Source of the DNA: Octopus vulgaris
Lineage: Eukaryota
Reading direction: 5' to 3'
Assembly: GCA_951406725.2 (NCBI GenBank)
Contig: OX597817.1
Coordinates: forward strand, 11,470,001-11,534,000
DNA: 64,000 nt
The position numbers and the translations under genes are program-made. This document shows, in pieces, positions 1 through 12,183 of this stretch (position 1 is the stretch's first letter; the number at the start of each line of letters is the position of its first letter). The notes under the pieces are model-generated. The model made no database searches and was not told where the DNA came from. It saw nothing but the letters and a program-made list of their open reading frames with translations.

Positions 1-2323
1 TATCTGACATAAAATAGAGAAATGTTTTGTTTCACTTTTAACACGTAATACTGAAATAGTGGAAAATATATGATATTGCTATGGGCTCGCCCTAGGCAAG
101 AAGTTGACTATTTTCTTTTGCCCATGAAACTACATGGACCCGGACCCTAAGTAAGGCATGTGTAAAATTTGAATGAAATTGGTTGTGTAGTCCTCAAGTT
201 TTAGGGAATCGTAGTGGAGAAGATAGGATATTGCTGTGGGCTCGCCCTAGGCAAAAAGTTTAATATTTTTTGCCGATGACACTCCCGGACCCTAAGTAAG
301 GCATGTGTAAAATTTGAATGAAATTGGTTGTGTAGTGACACTCCTCAAGTTTTATTTGGAATCGTAGTGGAGAAGATAGGATATTGCTGTGGGCTCGCTC
401 TAGGCAAAAAGTTAAAAGAAATTTTGCCGATGACACTCCTCGGACCCTAAGTAAGGCATGTGTAAAATTTGAATGAAATTGGTTGTGTAGTCCTCAAGTT
501 TTAGGGAATCGTAGTGGAGAAGATAGGATATTGCTGTGGGCTCGCTCTAGGCAAAAAGTTAAAAGAAATTTTGCCGATGACACTCCTCGGACCCTAAGTA
601 AGGCATGTGTAAAATTTGAATGAAATTGGTTGTGTAGTTCTCAAGTTTTAGGGAATCGTAGTGGAGAAGATAGGATATTGCTGTGGGCTCGCTCTAGGCA
701 AAAAGTTAAAAGAAATTTTGCCGATGACACTCCCCGGACCCTAAGTAAGGCATGTGTAAAATTTGAATGAAATTGGTTGTGTAGTTCTCAAGTTTTAGGG
801 AATCGTAGTGGAGAAGAGAAGATAGGATATTGCTGTGGGCTCGCTCTAGGCAAAAAGTTAAAAGAAATTTTGCCGATGACACTCCTCGGACCCTAAGTAA
901 GGCATGTGTAAAATTTGAATGAAATTGGTTGTGTAGTCTCCTCAAGTTTTAGTGGAATCGTAGTGGAGAAGATAGGATATTGCTGTGGGCTCGCTCTAGG
1001 CAAAAAGTTAAAAGAAATTTTGCCGATGACACTCCCCGGACCCTAAGTAAGGCATGTGTAAAATTTGAATGAAATTGGTTGTGTAGTCCTCAAGTTTTAG
1101 GGAATCGTAGTGGAGAAGATCAGGATATTGCTGTGGGCTCGCTCTAGGCAAAAAGTTAAAAGAAATTTTGCCGATGACACTCCCCGGACCCTAAGTAAGG
1201 CATGTGTAAAATTTGAATGAAATTGGTTGTGTAGTTCCTCAAGTTTTAGGGAATCGTAGTGGAGAAGATAGGATATTGCTGTGGGCTCGCTCTAGGCAAA
1301 AAGTTAAAAGAAATTTTGCCGATGACACTCCCCGGACCCTAAGTAAGGCATGTGTAAAATTTGAATGAAATTGGTTGTGTAGTCCTCAAGTTTTAGGGAA
1401 TCGTAGTGGAGAAGACAGGATATTGCTGTGGGCTCGCTCTAGGCAAAAAGTTAAAAGAAATTTTGCCGATGACACTCCCCGGACCCTAAATAAGGCATGT
1501 GTAAAATTTGAATGAAATTGGTTGTGTAGTCCTCAAGTTTTAGGGAATCGTAGTGGAGAAGATAGGATATTGCTGTGGGCTCGCTCTAGGCAAAAAGTTA
1601 AAAGAAATTTTGCCGATGACACTCCCCGGACCCTAAGTAAGGCATGTGTAAAATTTGAATGAAATTGGTTGTGTAGTCCTCAAGTTTTAGGGAATCGTAG
1701 TGGAGAAGATAGGATATTGCTGTGGGCTCGCTCTAGGCAAAAAGTTAAAAGAAATTTTGCCGATGACACTCCCCGGACCCTAAGTAAGGCATGTGTAAAA
1801 TTTGAATGAAATTGGTTGTGTAGTCCTCAAGTTTTAGGGAATCGTAGTGGAGAAGATAGGATATTGCTGTGGGCTCGCTCTAGGCAAAAAGTTAAAAGAA
1901 ATTTTGCCGATGACACTCCCCGGACCCTAAGTAAGGCATGTGTAAAATTTGAATGAAATTGGTTGTGTAGTCCTCAAGTTTTAGGGAATCGTAGTGGAGA
2001 AGATAGGATATTGCTGTGGGCTCGCTCTAGGCAAAAAGTTAAAAGAAATTTTGCCGATGACACTCCTCGGACCCTAAGTAAGGCATGTGTAAAATTTGAA
2101 TGAAATTGGTTGTGTAGTCCTCAAGTTTTAGGGAATCGTAGTGGAGAAGATAGGATATTGCTGTGGGCTCGCTCTAGGCAAAAAGTTAAAAGAAATTTTG
2201 CCGATGACACTCCCCGGACCCTAAGTAAGGCATGTGTAAAATTTGAATGAAATTGGTTATGTAGTTCTCAAGTTTTAGGGAAACAGACAGACAGACATAC
2301 ATTCTCAGTTTCATATATATAGA
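1..2323 (-). mobile_element. Non-autonomous Helitron-like element carrying the 147-bp array (5' end only; 3' end not seen in window)
   Basis: Minus strand reads A|TCTATATATATGAAACTGAGAATGTATGTCTGTCTGTCTG...AACCAATTTCATTCAAATTTT. This gives a 5'-TC start after A, a (CTGT)n tract, and a core resembling the Helitrons at 26772 and 38634. Confidence 0.6.
57..2281. repeat. Tandem array of ~15 copies of a 147-bp unit (satellite-like)
   Basis: GATAGGATATTGCTGTGGGCTCG recurs at 1561, 1708 and 1855 (period 147); the first units near the window start are more diverged. Confidence 0.95.
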
Positions 2324-2335
2324 TATATATATATA

Positions 2336-2420
2336 CAAGGAGCCGGCCTTAAGCCAATTGGACCGATTACTCCCAATCGGGCCCGCGCCGAAGTCGGGGT
2401 CCGCGTAAAAGAGGGTGACA
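2336..2420 (+). mobile_element. Possible end of a hAT-like non-autonomous DNA transposon
   Basis: GC-rich CAAGGAGCCGGCCTTAAGCCAATTGGACCGATT...AATCGGGCCCGCGCC resembles CAGGGCCGG-type termini; no partner TIR found. Confidence 0.3.
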
Positions 2421-2759
2421 CATTCTATACTGCAATATTTCATAATTGTAGTCTCCCTGAAGTCTACAAAAAAATCTACAATGTCTTTCAGAAAAAGAAA
2501 AAAAACATACTTTTTAGACTTTAGAGATACGAGATATCAAAAGATAAACCCATTAATCCCAATTGAAGACACTTATTGTATTTTTAGTGTAAGGGTCAAT
2601 ATATATGTTTATATGTGAATGTTTGGTAGTGTTTATGGCAATGCTTAGGTAAAATATTTGTGTCAGTGAGAGTATATATGTTGGCGAATTGTATGTATAT
2701 ATGTGTGTCAGATTCTATAAATATGCTTAATTTTGGGGAAACATTTTTATTTCAATAAA

Positions 2760-2852
<93 letters not shown>

Positions 2853-3790
2853 CGTGTATGTGTGTATACACACACACATAGGGTCATTTTTCAGCTATGT
2901 AACCACACACATCTTTTCACGGTCTATTCTTTTCCCTCTCTCCGGACTTTTACGTCTTTCCTCTTTCCGACGAGGAATTATGCTCGAGATGTCACAAACT
3001 ATATTCCTATAGCATTAGGTAACTTAGAAAGAACTTGAGATACTTGAGCAAAGAGTTAGGGAAATTAGAAAATTAGCAAGTATTACACAGTCTTGACTTC
3101 AACTATCCATATCAATCAAGATTAATGAATTGTGCAAGCATATTCGAATTTCCAAATTGGCTTCCATGGTCAATTAACTAGTAATGAGTAGGTTATCAAT
3201 AAACTTTTATGAAATATTGTCATCATACAAAAGCAAACTGTACAATCGGAAAGGTACTCACAGTTCTTGACGAAAACCAAAAAGTGTCTTCATGCAGACA
3301 TCAGTTTTGAGTAATAGAGGAAGTGAACAGCATTGAAAAATGTGGCTATGACAATTTTATTAACTTTCAAACCCAAGTCAAAATATTAGATCGAAAACAG
3401 ATATTGAAGCCAGCCCGGTGATCAAAATAATTGTTAGAATTGCATTTCCTAATTTTCACGTAAAGACGTTTTTAGTGTATTAGTATTTCCTAATTTTCAT
3501 ATAAAAACTTCTTTATTGAGAAACCAGAAGATCAAAGTCCTATAAATGTTTATTCATGAAAACTTTCTATCCTCCCACTGAAGGCTGAAAAGTCGGATTT
3601 GGTAAAACTTCAAACTCACTACGAACTTTGTATAGATGAGTATTTAACTCTTCTTTACGTACCCAGTTCTTCATTGAGTAGGCGATGTTAATGTTTTTGT
3701 TTCAAATATATATGGATATATGTGTTCGTGTCGTGTGTGTATGTGTGTGTGTGTGTGTGTGATATATATATATATATATATGTATATATA

Positions 3791-3995
3791 TTCTTTTATT
3801 TTTTTATTTGTTTCAGTCATTTGACTGCGGCCATGCTGGAACACCGCATTTAGTCGTACAAATCGACAGCAAGACTTATTCTTTGTAAGCCTAGTACTTA
3901 TTCTATCGGTCTCTTCTGACGAACCGCTGAGTTACGGGAACATAAAAACATCACCACCAGTTGTCAAGTGATGGTAGGGTGACAAACACAGACAG
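3791..3995 (-). mobile_element. SINE family A, 3' half
   Basis: Reverse complement of the tail CCAGCATGGCCGCAGTCAAATGACTGAAACAA shared with the full copies. Confidence 0.85.
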
Positions 3996-4029
<34 letters not shown>

Positions 4030-4062
4030 GTATATATACATACCTACATATGCATGTGTATG

Positions 4063-4100
<38 letters not shown>

Positions 4101-4104
<4 letters not shown>

Positions 4105-4617
4105 AGTGGGACCTAAAAGTAACCGGAAAGGTTCTTTGTTGGACAAGCCCGTAGTAGTTCAGGCTTTCGCCGCTAGAAGCACTTGATGTTACCTTGGGAA
4201 GGAATAGTGTGTTTGCATGAAATTCTGTTTTCTGCTGGGGAAAATGGCGGCTGAAACAGTTATCATGCTTCATACAGTTTACCAGGACGCTTCAAGGAGC
4301 AAAACACAAGTTTACAAGTGATTTTCACGCTCCAGAAATGGTCACTTACTGCTTGAAGACCAACCTCATTGAAGGTCACCATCGGCTTACCAAATGGATG
4401 AAAACATCACGAAAATTCTTGAAGAATACTTTGAGAATACCCTCCGAACTTGCTTATATGACTGGTGTGTCCTGGAGCTCCTGCTAACGAATTTTGAGCG
4501 AGGAATTTTGGATGAAAAGAGTTGCAGAAAAATTTGTAAGATCAAAAGTAGTCACGATTGAATGCGGATCGTGAACTGAAAGAACAGTTAGAAGTTGATT
4601 CGGACATTTTTTCAAAG

Positions 4618-4620
<3 letters not shown>
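4101..4620 (+). mobile_element. Degenerate mariner-family element (family M1)
   Basis: Homologous to 18102, 42290 and 51395 copies (AAGCCCGTAGTAGTTCAGG..., GTGTCCTGGAGCTCCTGC, GAATTTTGAGCGAGGAATT); decayed transposase N-terminus. Confidence 0.7.
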
Positions 4621-4649
<29 letters not shown>

Positions 4650-4687
4650 GCTTAATTTTGGGGAAACATTTTTATTTTAATAAAGTG

Positions 4688-4769
<82 letters not shown>

Positions 4770-4786
4770 GTATGTATATATGTATA

Positions 4787-4834
<48 letters not shown>

Positions 4835-5492
4835 ATATATGTGTGTGTGTCTATATATATAAAGAAAGAGAGAGAAAGAGATTTTATATATATATATGTA
4901 TATATATATTTATATAAATGTTTCGTCATCTTTGTGATTTATCAATACCACGTACCCAAAACGAGGCCAGACTAAACCAAATCGCTTGCCATGACGATAT
5001 GCAAAATGGTGTGAGGACCATGTGATGGTATATCCCAACGTTTCATACCAAGTCGCTCGCTATTTCTCTCATGCCTATAAATCGCAACCTAGCCATAAGC
5101 TGGTAATACACATACCTTGTGTATGTGTGTACGATATTGTTTATATTCCTAGGGTTGCTTCTCTTTATATTTGAATTTTTTCCGTAGTATGAAACATTGG
5201 GACATATATATATATATATATATATAAAAAATTGAGGGAGATAAATTAATATTAATTTTAATATCAATTTAAAACCAGTAGTCCAGCATTCAAAAAATCT
5301 GAGGAGTCAGAGAAAATTCAAATATATGTGTATATTGGCAGGGCTGGCCTGCTAGGTAGCCGGCCAGAATGCTAGAAGAAGATCATCAACGATCAAACTA
5401 CAAGGGAAATTCTCTAGAGGAAGAATTCAGCGAACACCAGAACCAACTTTGGCGGGCAGGACATATGAAAAATTAAATAAATAACAGACTTA

Positions 5493-5568
5493 AATGCATA
5501 CCTCGGTTTTGGTCTTAACAAAAGAATTACTTGCATAATTCAAGTGTCCGTGACTTCATCAGTACATT
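5493..5568 (-). ncRNA. Degenerate minimal type I hammerhead ribozyme
   Basis: AAUGUA CUGAUGA AGUC..GACC AAAA CCGAGG UA UGCAUU; helix I pairs, GAAA mutated to AAAA. Confidence 0.5.
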
Positions 5569-5629
5569 CGGTCCTCGAGATGCAAACTGAAAGACTAACC
5601 CCAGCTCTCTGTGTCAAGACAGACACATA

Positions 5630-5823
5630 TATATAATATTAATTAGAGACAAAACCACTATTTTGCAAATCAAACAAGGAAAGACTTAATCAATACATAA
5701 AAAAATTTTAATACAAAGTAAATAATTTATTTACTTTATATTAAAATTTTTTTTATGTATTGATTAAGTCTTTCCTTGTTTGATTTGCAAAATAGTGGTT
5801 TTGTCTCTAATTAATATTATATA
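5630..5823. repeat. Near-perfect palindrome (foldback), ~96-bp arms, essentially no loop
   Basis: AATATTAATTAGAGACAAAACCACTATTTTGCAAATCAAACAAGG... is mirrored by ...CCTTGTTTGATTTGCAAAATAGTGGTTTTGTCTCTAATTAATATT. Confidence 0.9.
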
Positions 5824-5903
5824 ATATTTTACTATAAAATTGGATTCAATCCTAAATCTGATTTTTCCCTGTAAATTTGGATTTATTCCATAATATTTAT
5901 TAT

Positions 5904-5980
<77 letters not shown>

Positions 5981-6780
5981 GTGTGTTTATGTGTGTGTGT
6001 GTGTGTGTAGGATTTGGCTACCAAACCCAAAATGGAGGCGGATTACAATTACTTTATAAGTTTCATAAGTGAAACACTTGAAAATTACAAAATTTCCTTG
6101 CAGGAAACCTGAAGTAGTGTCGAAACCCGCATACGCACAAAAACGTACACATACATGCGCGCGTGCACAGATACCCACAGATACACGCAATTAACATAAC
6201 AATATCAATATTATTTTGTTCATGACTTTCTGCTAATATATTATAATGACTGTAGAAATTTGAGAAAGATAAATTATTAAAGCTCATAAGATTTATTGCC
6301 GAAAATGTGAACAATTTGTTTACGTGTAAGACATATAAGCATGCAACATGCATGTATTCCTACGGGAGGTAATCGTAGCCTTCGTTAGCTGGCTTGTACT
6401 TGACATCGTGACAATTTACTTTCTTAATGATTTATAGATACGGATAATGATACGCTTAATTAGGCTGTTTAGTGGTTGTTCCAGATACATACGAGAGATT
6501 TAGAGTATTAATTATACGTTTTTCTCCAAGTATTAACAATATGAAATTTATCCTAAGTATTTAGATGCAATGAGAAAAAATACAAATCTGAATAAAGTTA
6601 GTTATTTAGATTTGAAGTTTTGGAAAGAAACTATCCTAATCAATCTTAATACTAATGATGTTACTTCAGATTTTGACATTAATTTAACAGCAATTCCATT
6701 GACAGTTAGGTGTACTAAAATCTACATTTAGCATTTATTTATTTTTTTTTTATCAGAAGTAAGATATGACAGAAATAATG

Positions 6781-7105
6781 TGAAGGTGTGTGGCTTAGTG
6801 GTTAGGGCATTCGGCTGACGTTTGTAAGGTCGTGAGTTCAATTCCCGGCGACGCGTTGTGTCCTTGAGCAAGACACTTTATTTCACGTTGCTCCAGTCCA
6901 CTCAGCTGGCAAAAATGAGTTGTACCTGTATTTCAAACGGCCGGCCTTGTCACACTCTGTGTCACGCTGAATCTCCCTGAGAACTACGTTAGAGGTACAC
7001 GTGTCTGTGGAGTGCTCAGCCACTTGCACGTTAATTCCACGAACAAGCAGTTCCGTTGATCGTATCAGCTGGGACCCTCGTCGTCGTAACCGACGGAATG
7101 CTCCT
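6781..7105 (+). mobile_element. tRNA-derived SINE family B
   Basis: A box TGGCTTAGTGG, B box GAGTTCAATTCC, central GTGTCCTTGAGCAAGACACTT; related copies at 41149 and 53790. Confidence 0.8.
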
Positions 7106-7306
7106 GTATATATGACAGAAATATTGGTCGATGTCACGTATTGATAGAAGTTGCCAATAAACTAATAATACGAACGATTAGTCAAGGATGTATACTGAAG
7201 GTTATTTTATGCAAAGTTGGAGTTATTTCAAGCTTGAGTTGCACATCAAAACTGTAGACATAATTCGGCCTCCGTTAACTGAAAGGATTTTTCCTTGGTG
7301 TGGTAG

Positions 7307-7493
7307 TTTACTCTTTTACTCTTTTACTTGTTTCAGTCCTTTTTGGTCAAGCAAATCGACCCCAGAAATTATTCTTTGTAAGTCTAGTACTTATTCTATC
7401 GGTCTGTTTTGCCGAACCGCTAAGGTACAGGGAATTAAACACACCAGCATCGGTTGTCAAGCGATGACTGGGGGAAAAATACAGACACACAAC

Positions 7494-7551
<58 letters not shown>

Positions 7552-7704
7552 CATACATATATACGACATCTAACAAATCCACTCACAAGGCTTTGGTCGG
7601 CCCGAGGCTATAGTAGAAGACACTTGCCCAACGTGCCACGCAGTGAGATTGAACCCGGAACCATGTGGTTGGTAAGGAGGCTACTTACCACACAGCCACT
7701 CCTG
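7307..7704 (-). mobile_element. SINE family A copy
   Basis: Head CAGGAGTGGCTGTGTGGTAAG, internal (TA)n(TG)n and (GTAAAAGA)n tail on the minus strand; deletion in the tail region. Confidence 0.9.
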
Positions 7705-8000
7705 ATTTTCAATAAAGAAGCCATTTTTTTAATTCCCTTTTATTATTTCTCAAGTAGGTTGTTTTTTTTTCTTTTTACTTTTTTCTTATTTCTTCCATCC
7801 ATATTGGTTTATAATGGTCACCTCTGGTTCTCAGCTAAAACTTCCTACGCATGTCTTTCTCCTGTTGATTTGTAACATTTGTGGCAAGAGTAGAGGAAGA
7901 AACTGAAAACACAAAATTTGGCTTTCTCATAAAATGGTCTACGATTGTGTATTGATAATTCAGCCTCTTCGTTTTCTTCTTTAACTTCTTTTAATCACTA

Positions 8001-8278
8001 TTGATTGATTGATTGATTCTAGTTTCAGCTCACGAGCTGTGGCCATGCTGGGGCACCGCCATTTGGTGTTGCTACATGGTTTTACTTCACAAATGCTTTT
8101 TAGCAACTGCCATTTGGTGCATGAGAGAGTTTGATGCAGCTGCCCTCATCTGCACCTCCTGCCGTGAAGTTGGTTCATCTGGGATACCTGACAAGAAGAG
8201 ATCCAGTTTCATTTTAAAGACATCTGCATCCACCCCATGCAGGTCTCTTAGGTTCTTCGGGAGGATATTGAAGAGCTG
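8001..8278 (-). mobile_element. 3' end of a CR1/L2-group LINE (ORF2 C-terminus + 3' UTR)
   Basis: 8278-8087 translates QLFNILPKNLRDLHGVDADVFKMKLDLFLSGIPDEP...[19 protein letters not shown], followed by a stem-loop tail and (TCAA)n. Confidence 0.75.
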
Positions 8279-8588
8279 ATTCTTTTGCTTTCTTTTTCAA
8301 TATTTTTCTATTCACAAGTTTAAATTTCATCTTAAATGTTTAATGTTATCGATTTACATGTTTGTAATTTATATTGCGCTAAAAATATGATTACATATTT
8401 CAAAACAAAATTACACTATCTTTAACGCTGAATTTTTAATGCTGTATTTATAAAACGATAGAAAATGATGTTCATGCCTTATGATCTCAAAATAACGAGG
8501 ATCCGATTGGCAAGTGAGAGAAGACCTCTGGTTATCTAATATTATTTCAGTTGTCCCGTTCATATCTGTATTTTACCACTGTCCATTT

Positions 8589-9035
8589 TGTGGCCTAGTG
8601 GTTAGAGGAGTGAACTCGCGGTCGAGGGATCGTGAGTTCGAATCTCAGACCGAGTGATGTGTGTGTTTATGAGCGAAACACCTAAGCTCCACGCGGCTCC
8701 GGCATAAGGTAATGGCGAACTTCTGACTCTTTCGCCAAAACTTTCTCTCACTCTTTCCTCCTGCATCTTGCGGTCGAGGGATCGTGAGTTCGAATCTCAG
8801 ACCGAGTGATGTGTGTGTTTATGAGCGAAACACCTAAGCTCCACGCGGCTCCGGCATAAGGTAATGGCGAACTTCTGCTGACTCTTTCGCCAAAACTTTC
8901 TCTCACTCTTTCCTCCTGCATCTTGCAGCTCATCTGCGACGGACCGGTGTCCCGGCCAGGTGGGAAACCAATACGCCAAGGAAACCGGGAAACCGGCCCT
9001 AATGAGCCAGGCATGGCTCGAGAAGGAACAAACAA
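8589..9035 (+). mobile_element. tRNA-derived SINE family C with internal ~152-bp tandem duplication
   Basis: TGGCCTAGTGG A box, GAGTTCGAATC B box; 8618-8769 repeated from 8770. Confidence 0.8.
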
Positions 9036-9240
9036 TGTCCATTTTGATTTGTTCTTCTTCATTAGAAGACATTATTTTTGAACAATGATACGGTTTTCCA
9101 TGATACAATTTATTATGATCATAGCATCGTTAACGGCAGGTATGAAACACATACGCACACGTGCATGTATACATATACACACAAACACACACACACACAC
9201 ACACACACATACATATATATATATACACACACACACACAT

Positions 9241-9296
<56 letters not shown>

Positions 9297-9623
9297 GCAT
9301 ATTATATATATATACATATATATATATATACATACATAAATACACATATATGTATATATACATATACATACATTTGTATGTGTGTGAATCTATCTTTGGA
9401 TGTATATAACATAAGTATATTAAGACATTACAATGCAATTTCGACAAGAGGTGTATGTTACAGTGCTACAATATACGGAAACCATAAGAAGTCAGGCGCT
9501 ATGAATGGTGAATGTTTATTTAACCACTTGATATCCTTAGGATTACGGCCGTTTCTGTGTTAGCCAGACGGTTCTCTGAATCTATATCATATACTTCACA
9601 TATATATATATATACATGTAAAC

Positions 9624-9668
<45 letters not shown>

Positions 9669-9669
<1 letters not shown>

Positions 9670-10332
9670 GAATATAAACAAGAAGGGTAGTAATATTATT
9701 TACTACCAGGTGCCCAACACAAAAGACGAATTAGTCATAAGACGAAAATATTATTCATATAGAAAAATATTATTCATGTGGTTATACAATTAAAGGCTCC
9801 TAAATAAAGATGCCAAGTGCTGGGAACACAAAAAGGGGATGAATTTATCGAGAGTGAAAATCAAAAACGTTTACCGATAATTTTAACAACTCGTACCGCG
9901 GTTTCTGCTTCTTTCTAGCAAAACACAGAATATGTTTGCTAAGGCTGGCTTCATCAGCGAGTCGCCTGAATTTAATCGAGGTCTGCAGCGATGTGGGGCT
10001 ATATGTTAAACCCGACTACTAGCAGATCTTAACTTTTCAAATCTCTGCGCAGACGCAAAATTTACACGGGCATGCCGGGAAGAATTTTACGAATAAATTC
10101 ATCATGTAGTATGCGAATATAAACAAGAAGGGTAGTAATATTATTTACTACCAGGTGCCCAGCACAAAAGACGAATTAGTCATAAGACGAAAATATTATT
10201 CATATAGAAAAATATTATTCATGTGGTTATACAATTAAAGGCTCCTAAATAAAGATGCCAAGTGCTGGGAACACAAAAAGGGGATGAATTTATCGAGAGT
10301 GAAAATCAAAAACGTTTACCGATAATTTTAAC
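9669..10332 (-). mobile_element. Non-coding retroelement: 219-bp direct repeats (period 445) flanking a hammerhead; pLTR partial tandem or retrozyme-like
   Basis: 9669-9887 = 10114-10332 (one substitution seen); HHR at 9888-9963; both flanks (TA)n. Confidence 0.75.
9888..9963 (-). ncRNA. Minimal type I hammerhead ribozyme
   Basis: GACUCG CUGAUGA AGC..(UAGCAAA/UUUGCUA hairpin)..GCA GAAA CCGCGG UA CGAGUU; palindromic helix III ACCGCGGU; mismatch at the base of helix II. Confidence 0.7.
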
Positions 10333-10341
10333 CTTTAATTG

Positions 10342-10415
<74 letters not shown>

Positions 10416-10618
10416 CTACATGTATATATGTGTATGTATATATGTATATATATATGTATTTATATATACATACATATATGTATATATATATGTATATATA
10501 TATGTGTGTGTATGTATACATATATATCCATGTATATATATATATGCAATCATATATATATATATATATATGCATATAGATATAAACGTTTATATATACG
10601 TATATATATGCTTATATG

Positions 10619-10660
<42 letters not shown>

Positions 10661-10752
10661 GGCACGTGTATAGATATGTATATATATGTATACGTACATA
10701 TAATTATATGTATATATATATTTATATGCACACGCATACATAAAAAGACACA

Positions 10753-10794
<42 letters not shown>

Positions 10795-11438
10795 TACATA
10801 TAGACAGATATATAAATAGAAGTGGAATTGGGGAAAGGAGAAGTAGACAGCTAGGTAGGAAAGTTGGTAGGTAAGTAGGTATGTAGGTAGGTAAGTAAGT
10901 ATGTGGGTAGGTAGATGGCTAGGTAGGAAGATAGGTATGTAAGTTTGTAGTTACGAGGATAGATAGGAAGATAGGAAGGAAGGTGGACATGGAGATAGAT
11001 ATAAAAAAAATATAGACTGAGATAGAAAAAGAAACGAAAGCACACATAAACACCTACAGAAATATCAGTCACACATACAAAAATTAATAATTAAAAGATT
11101 AGTAGTTCCTATATGCAATATAATAATTGAGAATTATAGACGAGATTTGATCAGAAGAATCTAATGAAATGGCTGCGAATAATGTAACGATACAATATAT
11201 TTCATGCTACACGCGTGTAAGAGATGCTATATGACTCACTTGATAAATAGTTGTTTTATCCAAGTTCTATTGAGAACTGAATGTCCTAGCCTAATAAAGT
11301 ATAGCAAGCAATAAACATAAATACATACATACAAAATTATACACACATATATACATAAATAAATAACCGTATTTATATACACATATATATATAGGCATGC
11401 ATACATAAATATAGCTATAAGTACATATATGTATATAC

Positions 11439-11482
<44 letters not shown>

Positions 11483-11602
11483 AATGTATATATACTTATA
11501 TATATATATATATATATATATACATACATATATACATTTATATATATATATATATATATGCGTATGTGCATATTTGTACATATGTAAATATATGTGTGTG
11601 AG

Positions 11603-11645
<43 letters not shown>

Positions 11646-11961
11646 ACGTATTTGCCTGTATATATATAAGTATATGTATGCGTGCGTAAGCATCTGTGTG
11701 TATATGTGAGACTGTCAGGTATTGTATGCGCGTGTGTATGTATACGTCTGTGAGCGTGTGAGTGTGACTGTCTATGTGAGAAATCTAGAAAAGAAAGTGT
11801 GTGGGTAGACTTAGTACATGTGTATTAGTGGAGAAAATATTGCCAAAACTCCATCAAATATCAGACACCCTAATTTATTTATACACAAGAAATCTCAGAC
11901 ACATATGCAAGCATACATGTACATAAATGCGAACACACATATATACAGATCTATCTATCTA

Positions 11962-12183
<222 letters not shown>

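Noticed and set aside
57-2281. CRISPR-like array
   Set aside because: Units are repeated in full with no unique spacers, there are no cas genes, and the context is eukaryotic.
6781-6860. Functional tRNA genes at SINE heads (also 8589, 27600, 37208)
   Set aside because: A/B boxes are present but there is no complete cloverleaf, and they continue into SINE bodies.
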